Part shown: in pieces, positions 38,970 through 56,968 of the stretch
Layout: each line of letters opens with the position of its first letter
Position numbering within the stretch: the first letter of the stretch is position 1
Source: Balanoglossus misakiensis
Lineage: Eukaryota > Animalia > Hemichordata
Direction: 5' to 3'
Length of the DNA: 64,000 nucleotides
Assembly: GCA_040954595.2 (NCBI GenBank)
Contig: CM082591.2
Span: forward strand, 5,487,009 to 5,551,008
Translations under genes and position numbers: made by a program
The notes under the pieces: model-generated
Told to the model about the DNA's origin: nothing
The model's input: the letters and a program-made list of their open reading frames with translations, nothing else
Database searches by the model: none

Positions 38970-40328
38970 ATTCGTTTAATGTTGCAGCTACTGTAGTCTC
39001 TTGAGAGATCGTTGTCGCAGCTGTGGTACATGTATTCTGTTAATAAAAGAGTTTCATACCTTTGACTAGTTAGTTATATCACCAGAGGCCTGTAGGGAAA
39101 CACTAAACTGCGATTTCTGTATCGCACCAGACGCGAACCGAATGTACTTCGCGTTTAAGAAGTTTCGTGTGTTATTACAAATAAAGTTAATTAAATATCA
39201 CCACTTTAAACGAACAAACCGATCACTCTGTGGGTAATCTCCAATACTGAACTTGGTGCTACTGCAGGATCCCTTGTAATCCTGGCTTTGGTAGATGTGG
39301 TCTTTTAGGGCCTCTGCTGGACCTAGCAAATGATATCAGGACAGCTGCAGTCTGTTATGTATTTATGCGGGGCATTTTGCAATAGGTCAGTGGCGCGACC
39401 CCTGTGCAGGAGACCCCCACCTTCGACCTGGACCTCATATTTTACAACACCCTTTCCTCTATATGAGTTTTGCAAGACAGGTTACACTCCAGGGTCTCAT
39501 AAGTACTGGATAGTACATTCTTGTTCCCTTATTCCTCAAGTCTCTCCAGCTAAGCCCAAAAGAAAAATAAGAAAGCACCTCAATAAGGCCAGGGTTAGAT
39601 TTTATGCCATCAGTATCATACATCTTTTTCGATTGAAATGTCAGGCCCGCCATACAGCATGGGATCAATATAAGCTGAAACCAAAGTGATCGTACTTTCA
39701 CTGGTTTGAGTGTCCTGGACTCATTGAACGTTAGTGAACTTGGGTCTGTGGGTTGGATCGTCATTCACATGAATCTTACTTGCCCTGACGCAAATAAATG
39801 ACAGTGCAGTGTTATTCGCTTGGTATTATAAATTATAAAGAAACACTGGTCTCCCACATGGCGATAATGTCTTATAATCACAAAATAGATTTTGATATCA
39901 GGTTGGTGGTGGCTGAGGCTTCATCTTTAGAGCTATGATTTACGAAAAAACGCTCTTAGATGTTATGTGAACTACTAGTATCCATCTTTATTGAACAAAC
40001 TTCTGGTAGTTTTTGTCCACTGTGTTTTTGACATGTGTACAATGCATGTGTTTGTACGCTGGTTGAACCGTGACGAGTCCGACCCGGGGTCTTTGTGCTC
40101 CTGTCCTCATTTTGGATAAAATTTCTGTTGCTGCGCAGGGGTCAGGAGTTGAGGCCATGGTGCCCTAGTTCTTTTCATAAATGGTGATTTCTGATTGGAC
40201 AGTTCCTGTGCATATCCAGACATCAACAAGGTGGTAAGGCCAAGCTGGTACTTGCACGCGACGTCAACTTTTTTGCCAACACGTCACTTCTCATGCTGCT
40301 GTGATCCACAGGTCAACGTCGGTGCAAA

Positions 40329-44731
<4,403 letters not shown>

Positions 44732-46178
44732 CGGTCTAACTGAGAGGGCGTCACTGAATGAATTAGGACGCATAATAATCAGCTGTGAGACCAAAGATGA
44801 ATTGCAGTTGTTCCTAAATATCGCTGCATGAAAAAGTGTGATCCTGCAAAACAATGATGGCGTACCTATTACCAAAGTTACACAAACCACTAATCAATAT
44901 ATACCATAGCACTTTTCACAATAGTTACATATGCTAGATTACTGATGTACTGACAATTACATTACTTTAGATGTGAAAGTGGTATTATTCACCGCTGACA
45001 CGAAATTGAGAAAAAGTAGTTCCTGTTAAAAAAATCTTTAATGAAAATCTATGACTATTTCAAATCGTTTTATTGTATTTAATTTGAAATCTTACACCCG
45101 ATTGCTGACAGTTCCTCTGGCTGGTTCAGTATGTTTGTTTGTAAACTAGTCACGTGGGCATTGACCTGTTAACATGCACACATAAATTATACGCGTCCGG
45201 AACTACTTTTTTCTGTGAATGTTAGATGGCATGGATGTTTGCTCTGAATAGAACGATTAACGCAATGTAAAAATTACTGAACATTTGAGGAGAAAAAAGT
45301 GTGTTACGGAACTCCATGTAGACCAAGTCCACGTGTTCGCCATCCATCCTCCCACCCAAATAAAAAAGCACAAAATCTTATACTCTTAAAATAAACTCGA
45401 CAACCATCTCGTTTGTTGCAGTAATACGTTTTATTTCGAACTTTTGAAAAGAACTGTTTCAGCATAAGTAATATTTGCATTGTTAAAATATAACTTAAAA
45501 TGGGTATGATTTTTGTCATGTTTGGGAGCAAATTATTATCCATGAGAGAACATAGTGGTCACAAAAATAAATAACAGTAACATTCATTAAACTTAAGGTG
45601 ACTATATCACACTGTCAGATCAAACTGGCCTAGTGATAACCTGAAGGTTAAATCAACTGTCATACATTTCCATGCCATCTAGAATAAGCAGCATATTTCA
45701 ACATATTGAAAAGTTAACTTTATTTTAATGAATTTAAATATATTTCTATGATTGGTCACTCTGTACGTCGATGCGTCTTCCTCCTTCTACAAGTGATTGA
45801 AATTGTAGCTTTGCTCATAAAACAGGCAAAAATTAAAATGTCAGACATTTACACAGATACTGGCCCTTGTTTATTCATTGAGAGTGACTTATATTAAAGA
45901 TGCTACGGTACATTTTCTTCATAAAGGGCCAGGGGCGTCTGAACTGCACATGCGCGAATTTTCTATTTATAAACACGGCATCGGCATTGCTCTCATTGGT
46001 CAGAGAGAATCTGACAATCAATGCGTGTAATTTGAAAAGAAACGATACATTGTTTGCAATGATGTACATTGTAGCAGTTACATTTTGTGACTACTTCGAC
46101 GTGCTAGCAACTGTATCATATGGGACCCATGACCACGTAAGTAGGTAAGATGACCTCCACCCTTCAAGCCATCTGAAA

Positions 46179-48485
46179 TTAGTTTATTCTCTGGAGATTT
46201 CGTGGTTTCAGCTTGACGTGGATTCCATTGTCTGCCCTCAACACGATCCCCAATCTTCGTCTTGGCTTCGGACAGCCATCAACCGACATCTCAAAATGGC
46301 GGAGAGTCAAGGCTGCTATCACCTTCATCTCATCCATTGCGAACTTCTGCCCAATGCAATTTCTACAAGTGAGAAATCAAACCCCGCAAATAAAACAACT
46401 GTTGCAGTTGCTTCTTTCCACTCCTCCATAATACCCCATTCTTAAGCACACACACTATCCGTGTTCTTAACTATAATAAGGCCCCGCCATTCTTGATTGC
46501 ACTTAATGCGTATTCCCTATGGTGTAATAACAAACGGTGTACATGAACGATTCAACGGAATGTTGCTCACATCGGTCAAGGGCTTTTGTGAAAGGATAAG
46601 CGATAGATATCACCTCACACAAAAGATCATCTAGGCTTATATTCAACTTACCTCGGACCAGCAGAAAATGGAATAAACGCATGCGATGGTCGGAGATTGA
46701 TATTCTCCTTTGAGAATCTGTCAGGGTCATATACTTCCGGGTTATCCCATACGTGAGGGTTATGATGAAGACTGTTTATGTTTATACCCACAAATGTACC
46801 TGAAATAGTTAAAAGTAACGCTGTCAGTATGAACTCGAGTATTTCTATACACAACACTATATATGGTTATTAAATAATACTTTGCATTGTTCTCTGATGA
46901 TAGAAAAACACACACTACTGAAACCAACCATAACCAATAAAGTTTGATGAAATCGTCAAATCTCGTTAGGTTAGCATCCTTTTGATATCTATGAGGCACT
47001 GCATATTCCAATCGCTGGTTATGTTCAGTTGATTTCACGGAATTAAAAAAACAACTAGGGAAATTTCCACACTTTGAAGATCAACACCGAATATGACCAA
47101 AGTACACTCTTAATACACGAAGAGATTGTGAAAATTTCAAATAATAAACTATTTACCAGGTTGAATGACTTTACCGTCGGATAAGTGAAGTGGCACTGTT
47201 ATTCGTTTTGTTACACGCTGTACAGGAGCGTGGAATCGAAGACTCTCTTTCAAGCACATTGTTGTATATGTCATACTTTGAACGTCGTTCCTGAATAGGA
47301 AATTGAAATTGAAGTTCTTGGTTTTGTCTCTTGGAAACATGGTCTATTGGGTAACCCCTTAAATATTGCCTGGTATGGCATAACATTTCGTCAAATGGTG
47401 TATATATATAAAATAATAACTATATCAATAGCTATGATCAAAGTGCCATAACAAGAAGGAAATCTAATAGCACAGATATTGTTGACATTCCTAAAATGCA
47501 AATAATGTAATTTCTATGCAAGAAGCTGAATACCTTTCTTATTGATGATGATATCAATATAATGTAATTATTACAGTAGTTTGGCCAGAATGTTTACATT
47601 CTCCTATCATGTTTCTTACCAATCTAGTTCGTCTTTGCCACTCTTATTCATCAAAATGTCAATTTCTTGGCGACATTTCTCTTGATATTCTGGATGGCGG
47701 GCAAGGTTGTACAAAAACCATGAAATTCCACTGGCGGTGGTGTCGTGACCTTCGAACAGAAACGTGTCCACTTCATCCTGTATGACATCATCTGCAATCC
47801 CGTTTCCATCATCGTCCTGAATATAAACCATACTTTCCATTACAGTGTTACTTAGTAAATGTAAGGAAATCTTTGTCAAAATTGATTTTTTTTACTTTAT
47901 TGCTGTTCATAGTAGCGCTAAACGGAAAAGATGCACCAGTCATCACGTTCTCATTCAAAGACTTAAGCACACCTTTTTAACCATAACGTCTGCATATCAA
48001 GTGATACCTACTTATTGATACTTGGCAGGCCCAACTTACCTTGGCATCCAACAGCAAGTCAAGGAAATCCTTTACTTCATTTTGCGCTTGTCCATTTTCC
48101 CTCAATACCCTTCTGTGATTTATCACTTTGCGAGAGTATCTGTGCAACATGTCCAGAGTTCTCCTCCAATGGTATCCATCTGACGTCAAATAGTAGTAGT
48201 AGAATTGGCCAAAGAGGGGCGCTTTCCAGTCGCCGATGCGTTTCTTCAGAAGCAGGGCGATGCGTCGAACACCGGTGATGTACTCTTTGTGTCCGCTGTA
48301 ACACAAACCAATATCTGGTCGGTGAGCAGGATTTTAGTGATGGTACATAGTGGTGGTGGTGATGGTGTTGGTGTTGGCGGTGGATATGATGGTGGTGATC
48401 GTGGTGGTGGTGGTGGTGGTGGTGCTGTATATGATGGTGTTGTTGTTGTTGTTGGTGGTGGTGCTGTATAAGATGGTGGTTGTGG

Positions 48486-48526
<41 letters not shown>

Positions 48527-51432
48527 TTGTTGTTGTTGTTGGTGCTGTATATGATGGTGGTGGTGGTGAATATGATGATGGTGGTGGTGGTGGCAGTCTG
48601 TGCTCGTGGTAGTGGCGAATACATGAATTTTAAGAAAAGATGATATATTGATTATGTTACAACAAGAAATATGACGGGAATAATTGCAGGCTCCTCTGTC
48701 AAACCACAAAACTTATCCACCAACATCAGTCACGTTTGTTCGTAATTCATGAATGGAATAAGAAACTAACCATATTATCTCATAATCTGCCCTTTCTACA
48801 CTACATTCACAAACTAAATCATTGTAGGAAAGGGGGTCACAAAATGTATATCTTGAACATTTATTTCACTTATTTTAAAGCTTTCTATCTTAGTACAGTT
48901 AACCTAAACACATGCCAATTGTTCGCCCTCGTTAATTAATTTGCGCCAAGTTGACCAGAAAACTCGCATAAATTGGCTAATTACCTCTCAAGTTGGCAAT
49001 TACTTTTAGTCCCAAACAAACACTGCAACAGAATATCCAAGGTCAACAAGGTGGCGTGTTCAAATAATTCAACTGGTTCATCTTCGCTTGCGTTTCGCCA
49101 CTTATCCTGTTAATCAAGGTTCAAAATATGGCTGATGGTATTTTCATAAAGATGTTAACAACAGGACATGTTATAGTGAATGTGACAGAAAAGTGTGTTA
49201 CTATATGATATAATTATCATATTCACTTTTTGAGATGATATAATTTTGTCCAAAAAGTTGAGTCAGTGACGGCAATGTATGTTACGTGATGTTTCAGACA
49301 ACTGTCCACCACCTGACACACGTCACTTCAGATCCAACCGATTCATTCGTAAATTGAGACATACAATTTTGTTGAATTTGTGTGCAAATCTATGTCAATT
49401 CCTTATTGAATTAAGCCATTTTCATGACCCCTGTGTGAACTTTAAATCCTGGCATTTTGTTGGTATGGACAAGTGTAGCATGCTATGTAATTCATCCTAT
49501 GTGAATTTGGTATGTTATTAAAGGGAGAATATTGTTTGTAATGTCGAATGACAAATAACGTCTTACCGACAAAACAACAGGATGTAAGGTCACTCACGGG
49601 TCATGAAAGTGGCCCACGGGAGAGCTTTGTTTACCAAACTTACCAGCATAACATGGGTGCAGTCATTGTATGCCTTCACGTAAGGTTTCAGCATTCCAAA
49701 GTGAAATACCGGGGTGAGCAGGCGACGACTTCTTTTCCACTTCTTGCCCGTGCTGATGAGGAGACCTTCCCCGATCCATTCCTTCAGAAATCCGTATGTA
49801 GTCATCAAATTGGATGCTGAAAATCAAGTATTATTATTATTATTATTATTATTGCATCTTTATTTCAGATTATAAAATAATCCATAGCAAAACAAAACAC
49901 CATAAAAACATCAAAACAATCGTCTACTCCAAACCTTCCAAAGTCCACTATTTGAGAACACTGATAGTGATAAAACACTGGCTACAAGTGGATTACTTGA
50001 GAGGTGGAGTCTGCTTAAAAAGCTGAATGTATTGGTGTTAATAAGCCCATTCAAATGAAGCAGCGAAAATTTCCATGATGTACACATTCGTGTTAGAATT
50101 TTTCTTATCCATAGTTTCTGTCTGTCCATTTATAAACTTGAATCAAGTATGATATAAATAGGATTCACGTTTGATGAAAACTTACTAACCAAAACTTCGC
50201 GATTCGATACCATGCGTGTTTTTACCGTGTAAAATGAAAGCTTTATATAAAATACCAGTATATTTCTTGGCACACTGTTTCTTAATTTAAAAGGAACACC
50301 AGCTTTTTGAGCTGAACTTTACATCTGTGGGATATCAGCTGTACTTATCGTTAGATGATCTTGCAGACATAATATTATACTAGTAAATCATTGTCTAATT
50401 CTGGATATTGCCACCCTTAATATTGACGTGAGTGTATTTCTGTATCGTTTATGCTGTAGAGCCGTGTGGCATGTCTTTTCCATTAACAGCTTAGGCCTAA
50501 AGGGTGTACATGTATGTGGAATTCAAATGATAGCTTCTGAAGTGTTCGTCGAAAGTGTTGGTGTTCGGGATGTAGCAAAAAGCACACTTAGTCCAAGATA
50601 TAGGCCTATGTATACACACTGTTTGCAAACACATACCTGGAGTGCTAGAGATGGTCTTGATGGTGTCGGGGTGAACCAGATTTAGAAATGACTCTGCCGG
50701 GGTGCTGTGGACGTAGTAATGGCTGAACGTGTGTGTCAGCGCCTCTATGTGTTGTATCGCTTCTTCCTGTCCCGAACCCTGCAATTGTTCAACTTTGTAC
50801 ACTCAGTGGTCACACATACTGTTGGGAGTTGCATTAGTTGACTGAGCTTAGAACAACACGGCCTACATTTCTCAAATGAGTCTCTCCAAAAAGTCAAATG
50901 TCTGGTCACCACTGGTGGAAGTTTCAGCGCTGCGTATAGGCTGTCGGCTGACAGGATGGTTCCAGACAATTTCACACAATTCAGCTATGGAACTGTTATA
51001 AGATCCATATGTAAAACACAGTTTGCTTTTTCTTCAAGGGGGTGCCTGTGTACTGTACGTTCACCAAAGCAGCACCCACCCGATGGAAGAAGGTGACTAG
51101 CCCCTAATTTCATGACAGACATCTCAGTAAATGCATGCAGCATATATTGGCGATCGTTCACCTATCACTCACTTTTGACATGTAAAAAGCCTTCCTCGAG
51201 TTGGAGGCAAATAATCGTGGCCATGCATGCAAATGCAATTCCACGTACTTACGATTTTGGCGTGGCCGAACAACCAGTGCCCGCCGGGCGCAGTGGGGAA
51301 AGAACGCAAAAGGACGCCATAGTGTCGCCTTGCTCGGATCAGCGTCCATAGTCTCCACGCGAAGCTGAGCAGCGACACGACGATAACAGTGGAAAGAATG
51401 GCGCAGACATTCTCGAAGACTGTGCCAGCCAT
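46179..51432 (-). CDS. Cytochrome P450, CYP4 clan (CYP4F-like), paralogue of the + strand gene, about 511 aa, 9 exons
   Basis: Minus-strand exons 51253-51432 (MAGTVFENV...HWLFGHAKI), 50637-50778, 49644-49816 (WIGEGLL...[10 protein letters not shown]), 48985-49106, 48040-48295, 47620-47816 ([16 protein letters not shown]), 47157-47290 (KESLR), 46652-46799 (YDPDRF, PFSAGPR), 46179-46362 (NCIGQKFA, stop TAA). Confidence 0.93.
48335..48595. repeat. Compound trinucleotide microsatellite (GGT/GTT/GAT) in a CYP4 intron
   Basis: Runs of ggt, gtt and gat with a recurring gctgtatatgat spacer. Confidence 0.95.
49828..49853. repeat. (TAT)n microsatellite next to a CYP4 splice acceptor
   Basis: tattattattattattattattatt. 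Confidence 0.9.
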
Positions 51433-52670
51433 GGCGTGTTGTGTGAGGCGACCTGATTGTGCTATGACCTTAGCCTTTTGAACTCGGGGCTCCCAAGACA
51501 GACATCGTGCTACATTGTTTACATGACATCTAAATATTAAAGCAAATGTCACCCTGCCTAACCCTTTCTCTGATATATGGCTCGCTTACATAGTCTGGTC
51601 CCCTGCCCCAATCCCACCGCTGGCTGCGCTACGCTAAGGGGAAAGGGGTCAGGCACGCCTATTTATAAACATGGCAATCATTGGTCAATAAATACGAGCA
51701 CAGATACTACGTTTCCCGTTCCCTCCTTCACCTCCACGAATGTTTATCATTCGATTTCCAACTTTACGACAAATGAAACAACATAAACTGCCTGGACGCA
51801 TCCATCTTGTTTATGATCACGTGGTCTGCCCAGGTTTCTGGCACGATAACACCGGGTATACTAACTGAGCACTTTCGTATCCTTGGCAGAGGAGAAATGA
51901 TTCAGAAACACGCACTTTTTTTCAATCTGAATATGGCATTTTATTTGATAATAGCGGGCTGTGAGAAAACAATGGTAATCATTGATAAAATTGATAATAT
52001 TTCCGTTTGGCATTGTCAGCCTTGTGTGACCCAAATGCCTAATTGCTTTCATGTTCTCAGTCACCAGTATCAATACATTACAACTGCACTGAAATGAATT
52101 AACTAGTTAAATGTCAAAACTGAAGTATTTTTCGCGTTTCCACGTACATAGTAAGCCACCAAAAATAAGATAACCGGAATAATCGAATAATGTCAAAAAG
52201 TGCGACTTTGTCACTTAAAAGCGAAAGGAAAACAACAAACATCTAGACTTTTGGTACAATAATCTGTACAAAAATGCCATGACAAGAATATAATGAAATA
52301 ATACATGTATCTCAATAATCATTGCTTCTAAATACATAACAGTCACAGAGTATAAAAAAAGAAAATGTCAAATTTCATTTCCTTTATAATGAAAAAGAAA
52401 GAGGCGTGGTCATCAGGTTTCACTGATACCCTCAGGCTTGTGTTACTTCACCACACTATAATTTCCAATGTTTACATTTTTTTGAAAATTAAAATTGTCA
52501 CTTTGGTACACTACATGTATTTAAATGGCTTTTGCATTCGAAGATGAAAAACCAGAGTTCATCTTCTCTCTAATGTCAACAGTTGCGCATTTTGCTTCTT
52601 TGACATCAGCCACTGGGACAGTTGTTTGTAAAGCTTGTTTGTTAATACAGGGAGTCTTATGGACACTTAT

Positions 52671-55004
52671 TTACTGCGCGAATACCTTTACACAGTGGTT
52701 TCCATAGTCAGCAACCAGAACCTTAGAAAGTGGTTCATCATCCGTTACACAGATACCATAGGGTCCACAGAGTCCGTCATCGTCACTGTCAACGCGACAG
52801 ACAAATTTCCCCCCAGATTCATATTTGACAATTTTGTTATTGTAGTCATCTGAGACATACACATAGCCGTGTTTATCCACAGCCACTCCGCGGGGCCCAC
52901 TCAGCTGACCATCTCCACTTCCGTAAGAGCCGAATGTATACAGGAAGTGACCATCACCATCGAACACTTGAATTCGATGGTTACTGGCATCTGATACATA
53001 GACATTGCCTTTGTCGTCAATGCAGACAAACCATGGGCAGCTAAACTCACCCTCCTTACTTCCCTTACTCCCAAATGATTTGATATGATTTCCATCCTGG
53101 TCGTAGATGTGAATACAGTGTGCACCGTGATCCACAACATAAACCCTCCCATTGACAGGACTTATGCCAATACCGAGCGGCCATTGAAACTTTCCCTTCC
53201 CAAAACACCTGATCAGTTTGCCTTTCTCGTCACAGACAATTACCTGCCTATTTCCTTCATCTGTTGTGAAAACATTTCCCTCCACTGACACAGCTGCATC
53301 GTTTGGTCTAAATGCATTACCCAAATTTCCAAATTGGAATTTTTTCTTCTGTTTTCCACCCACACTGAAAGATTGCAATCTACGATTGCCAAAGTCAGAA
53401 ACTAACGCATCTCCTGTTCTTGTGAGGGTTACCCCATATGGACTCCACAGCTGACCAACCCCAAAACCAAACTCCCCAAATTTACACATCAACCCTTTCT
53501 TAGGGACCACATTACTTCTAACTGGTGATCCCTGTACAGGTTTCTTAGGGATTGGAGTCTTCAAAGTGGTTGTTTCGTTTCTACTCACTTTCACCCTCTC
53601 CACACTGTCAACTTCCTTCGATTTGACCGCGTCGGTAGAAGCTGCACCGTGCGTTCTGTTGCCCCCAGTTGCCGTGGCTACGGTGCTATCTTCAGCACCC
53701 GTTCGAGTCTTTGACACACCCGTCTTCAAAGTCATTGTTCCGGTTTTACTCTCTTTCACTCTCTCTGGACTCTCAACTTCAATCGATTCCGATTTGACCG
53801 CGTCGGTAGAAGCTGAACCGTGCGATATGTTGCCTCCAGTTGCCATGGATACAGTGTTGTCTCCATCCGTTCGCGACTTCGACACACCCGTCAATGTATA
53901 CGTCATCGCTGTTTGGATTATACCGAGGGTCTTCGTCTTGCAGAAGTCGCCACTCGGTTTGAACTCCATGTAGTCACTCTCTCTCGGCTCGCACTTACTC
54001 TCTTCCTTCAGTAATTGTTTCACTTTGGTAGATATTCCAACTTTGGCCGACATCAGGTGTGCAGCGTTGCCATAATTCATCAGCTTCTCGGAATATTCTC
54101 GTGCATTTGAGAGATCATACTGCATGATTTCCAGTTCTTTCAGTTGGGAGTTCAAATTGACGTTTCTTGAGTCGTATTCGGCCTTCATTTCTGTCTGAAG
54201 TTTGTCGTCATCTTCTGAAATAAGACGAATCGTTTCTTCTATCGTTTTCTGGGTGTGATCTTTTAGTTTCTTTGTTTCTTTCTTGAAGCACGTATCCAGG
54301 GATTGCAAGGTGAACGTCACGGCAGTTTTGCTGTCGTTTGCTTCGGTTTCTTTCATTTTCACTTTGTCAATCATGGCCGTCAGATGTTTGGTGTATTCTG
54401 TGGCGGCATCTTTGACGCACCTGTATTTGTGCTGTGTCATTGGATGGTCCAACACGGTACACTTCAGACAGATCGTCCCGTCGCATGTATCGCAGTAGAA
54501 TTCGATCTCGTAGTTTGGGTGCTTGGTGCAGTAGACCGGAGGCTGCACTGACGCAGGGTCGGCTGACTTGGCCGAGAGATACTCGTCAAGGGAAATCAGG
54601 CGGTGGGATCTCGCCAGCGGTAGCACCTTGTGCGTGGCTTCACACGCGGAGCATAAGGCGATGGCACACTCCACGCAGTGCTTCACCTGATCCCCTTGCT
54701 TGCAGCCTTCACATTTCGCCAGATCATCTTGCTTGTCGCCTCGTTTCTTGAACAAGTCCACTAAATCGTTCAAGAACGGGTTGTTGTCAAGGCCGGCTGC
54801 ACCGTCGGCGGGCAGTTGGTGTGATCGCCGACACACCGGGCAGGTCACAGACCGGCCTCCCCCGGCCAGCTTACCCAGACACGGCTCACAGAAGGTGTGG
54901 AAACACGGTAGAATCTTAGCATTCTGGTATCGCTGTGAGCATACAGTACAGAGGAGGAAATTCTCGTTGATTTCCTCCAGAAAGGTGGTCGCCTTTGCAG
55001 CCAT
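52671..55004 (-). CDS. TRIM-NHL protein (TRIM2/TRIM3/TRIM71-like E3 ligase): RING, two B-boxes, coiled coil, disrupted filamin region, six NHL repeats; uninterrupted CDS, 777 aa
   Basis: The ORF has a C3HC4 RING (CTVC...LPCFHTFCEPC...CPVC), B-box1 (CEGC...CVEC...CSACEATH), B-box2 (CTKH...CDTC...CLKC...DH), a helical region and NHL repeats (P.G.....G...VSD..NHRIQVF). Confidence 0.95.
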   Translation of the reverse strand: MAAKATTFLEEINENFLLCTVCSQRYQNAKILPCFHTFCEPCLGKLAGGGRSVTCPVCRRSHQLPADGAAGLDNNPFLNDLVDLFKKRGDKQDDLAKCEGCKQGDQVKHCVECAIALCSACEATHKVLPLARSHRLISLDEYLSAKSADPASVQPPVYCTKHPNYEIEFYCDTCDGTICLKCTVLDHPMTQHKYRCVKDAATEYTKHLTAMIDKVKMKETEANDSKTAVTFTLQSLDTCFKKETKKLKDHTQKTIEETIRLISEDDDKLQTEMKAEYDSRNVNLNSQLKELEIMQYDLSNAREYSEKLMNYGNAAHLMSAKVGISTKVKQLLKEESKCEPRESDYMEFKPSGDFCKTKTLGIIQTAMTYTLTGVSKSRTDGDNTVSMATGGNISHGSASTDAVKSESIEVESPERVKESKTGTMTLKTGVSKTRTGAEDSTVATATGGNRTHGAASTDAVKSKEVDSVERVKVSRNETTTLKTPIPKKPVQGSPVRSNVVPKKGLMCKFGEFGFGVGQLWSPYGVTLTRTGDALVSDFGNRRLQSFSVGGKQKKKFQFGNLGNAFRPNDAAVSVEGNVFTTDEGNRQVIVCDEKGKLIRCFGKGKFQWPLGIGISPVNGRVYVVDHGAHCIHIYDQDGNHIKSFGSKGSKEGEFSCPWFVCIDDKGNVYVSDASNHRIQVFDGDGHFLYTFGSYGSGDGQLSGPRGVAVDKHGYVYVSDDYNNKIVKYESGGKFVCRVDSDDDGLCGPYGICVTDDEPLSKVLVADYGNHCVKVFAQ

Positions 55005-56968
55005 TTTGGTGAACGCCTAGATTGTGCGCCAGTTTGTACCTGTCTCTCTGAGGTCATGTGATTTGCTTATGAATTGACTCTGTGTACGTGATACTGTAGT
55101 ATGTAGGCGAGGCAAACTAAAGCCCAGTAGCTAGGCACTATTGAGTTGGACAAACTTTTCGTTCTGATCTTTGGACTTCATACCACTTGTAGGTCTATAT
55201 AAAGATACTCGTCATTGTACGGCAGATGCCTGTTTAACCTCGCTATAGTTCTTGTTTTAACAGTTTCAAGTCTTTCAACATTCAGCTGCCACTATCAGCA
55301 TCAATCAATCCAACCAGCCGATAACTGACCTGATTAATTTATTGCGTTACAACGCCTCCGTGCAGATTCTAATAACATGCATATACATTGTACATGCTCA
55401 TACCACGAAAGTTGTGTCAGACGCATGCTGAGTGCTGCATGAATGAAATGCCCTTATCGCCAGCGACACTGCTAAGTCGCTGTCCGCATTGCAACCACCT
55501 TCACTGTAAACGATAAATATGATAAACATTTGTGCAGAATGTGAATCGTAGAGAGCAGATCTTGACAGAATATGTGAAATAGTGCTTATAATATTATGAT
55601 CGTCCTACACATGTAGAATCTCAGCGTAATACAATGAATCCCTAACAGACTACCCACTGGGCCACCTTCCAGTATTCGGCGGCGCGTTTATGCAAATAAA
55701 TCCGGAGGAATCTGGGCGATGATGTAATCAATTCTTTGGTACATATAGAGTGTCGAGTGGACAAGTGAACACATATCGATCCGTTTCTTTGACCTGAAGT
55801 CCTGGGGTTATCAGGGCTGTCACGCCTGCCCTCTGTTGTGTGATTTTATTGGGGGTTGGGACAAATGTATAGGTTGTTTTTTGCTTTCTGTTTGTCTCTC
55901 ACGGGATTGATGCATGAATCAGATTTGTCTATCATCAGAATCTAGTCCGTCTGCAGACTTTATAGATGGCCAACGGCATGAGTCTTTCCCTGGCGACTGG
56001 TGAGCCTATACGGAGACCTTTCAATATGAACACACTCCAATGACACAGATGGTTTTTCTGTCCAAAATTCTGGGTCTACTGTTCTCACTACATGTATATC
56101 GTTCACTTGTTTTATTTGTTAGTTTTCCCTGAGTAGGGCTTTCCAGGTTCAAAGCCCGAAGATATAAACGCAATTCTCAGAATGTTTATTAGGTCTGCGG
56201 GAAATCTGCGTTTCTGAGTATTTCAAGAAGCCGCCCATTGCACAGTGCCAACAATTATCACCGTGGTCACAATTGGACTATTTCATATACCCGTGGCATA
56301 TCGCCGATAACATTTTACCATGTAGTCGACATCAAACACCCAGCGCGTTTGACGCTTCGCTTAGGAGGGGGGGGGGGGGGTTGTATCTAAAAATACAGAC
56401 GAAAATCTGCTTCAGTCCCATAGCTGTACCTTGGCTTCTTTTATTTTGATAGACACTCACATGTTTATATTTAAATTTTGTTGATTTTATTATATCTATG
56501 CAATACATCAAACGCAGTAGTATTTCCAATAGGACACTGATGTTGAAAATTTGAAATTTATAAAAAACTAAAACAACTTTAAGAAAGAATCAATATACAT
56601 AACAATGCTTCCAAGTTAATACCGAGAGTGTCGGAATATTCATACCAAACTTGATTGGTTGATACAGATTATTTGTGTGAATATTTCTAGGAAAATACAG
56701 CTTTTCCGCTCGAATTTATAAAAAAAGGAAAACTGTGTTACATAGAGTAGAAATGGAACTATAATTTCCAATGTTTACATTTTTTTGGAAATTAAAATTG
56801 TCACTTTGGTACACTATTTCTATGGCTTATGCATTCGAAGGTGAAAGACCAGAGTTCATCTTCTCTCTAATGTCAACAGTTGCGGATTTTGCTTCTTTTG
56901 ACATCAGCCACTGGGACAGTTGTTTGTGAAGCTTGTTTGTTAATACAGGGAGTCTTATGGACACTTAT

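Noticed and set aside
48077-48709. 210-aa poly-His/poly-Gln ORF and overlapping poly-Val/Asn/Gly ORFs
   Set aside because: These are translations of an intronic trinucleotide microsatellite; the real CYP4 exon is 48040-48295 in another frame.
53566-53973. Plus-strand ORFs overlapping the TRIM genes
   Set aside because: They are antisense shadows of the TRIM coding sequence.
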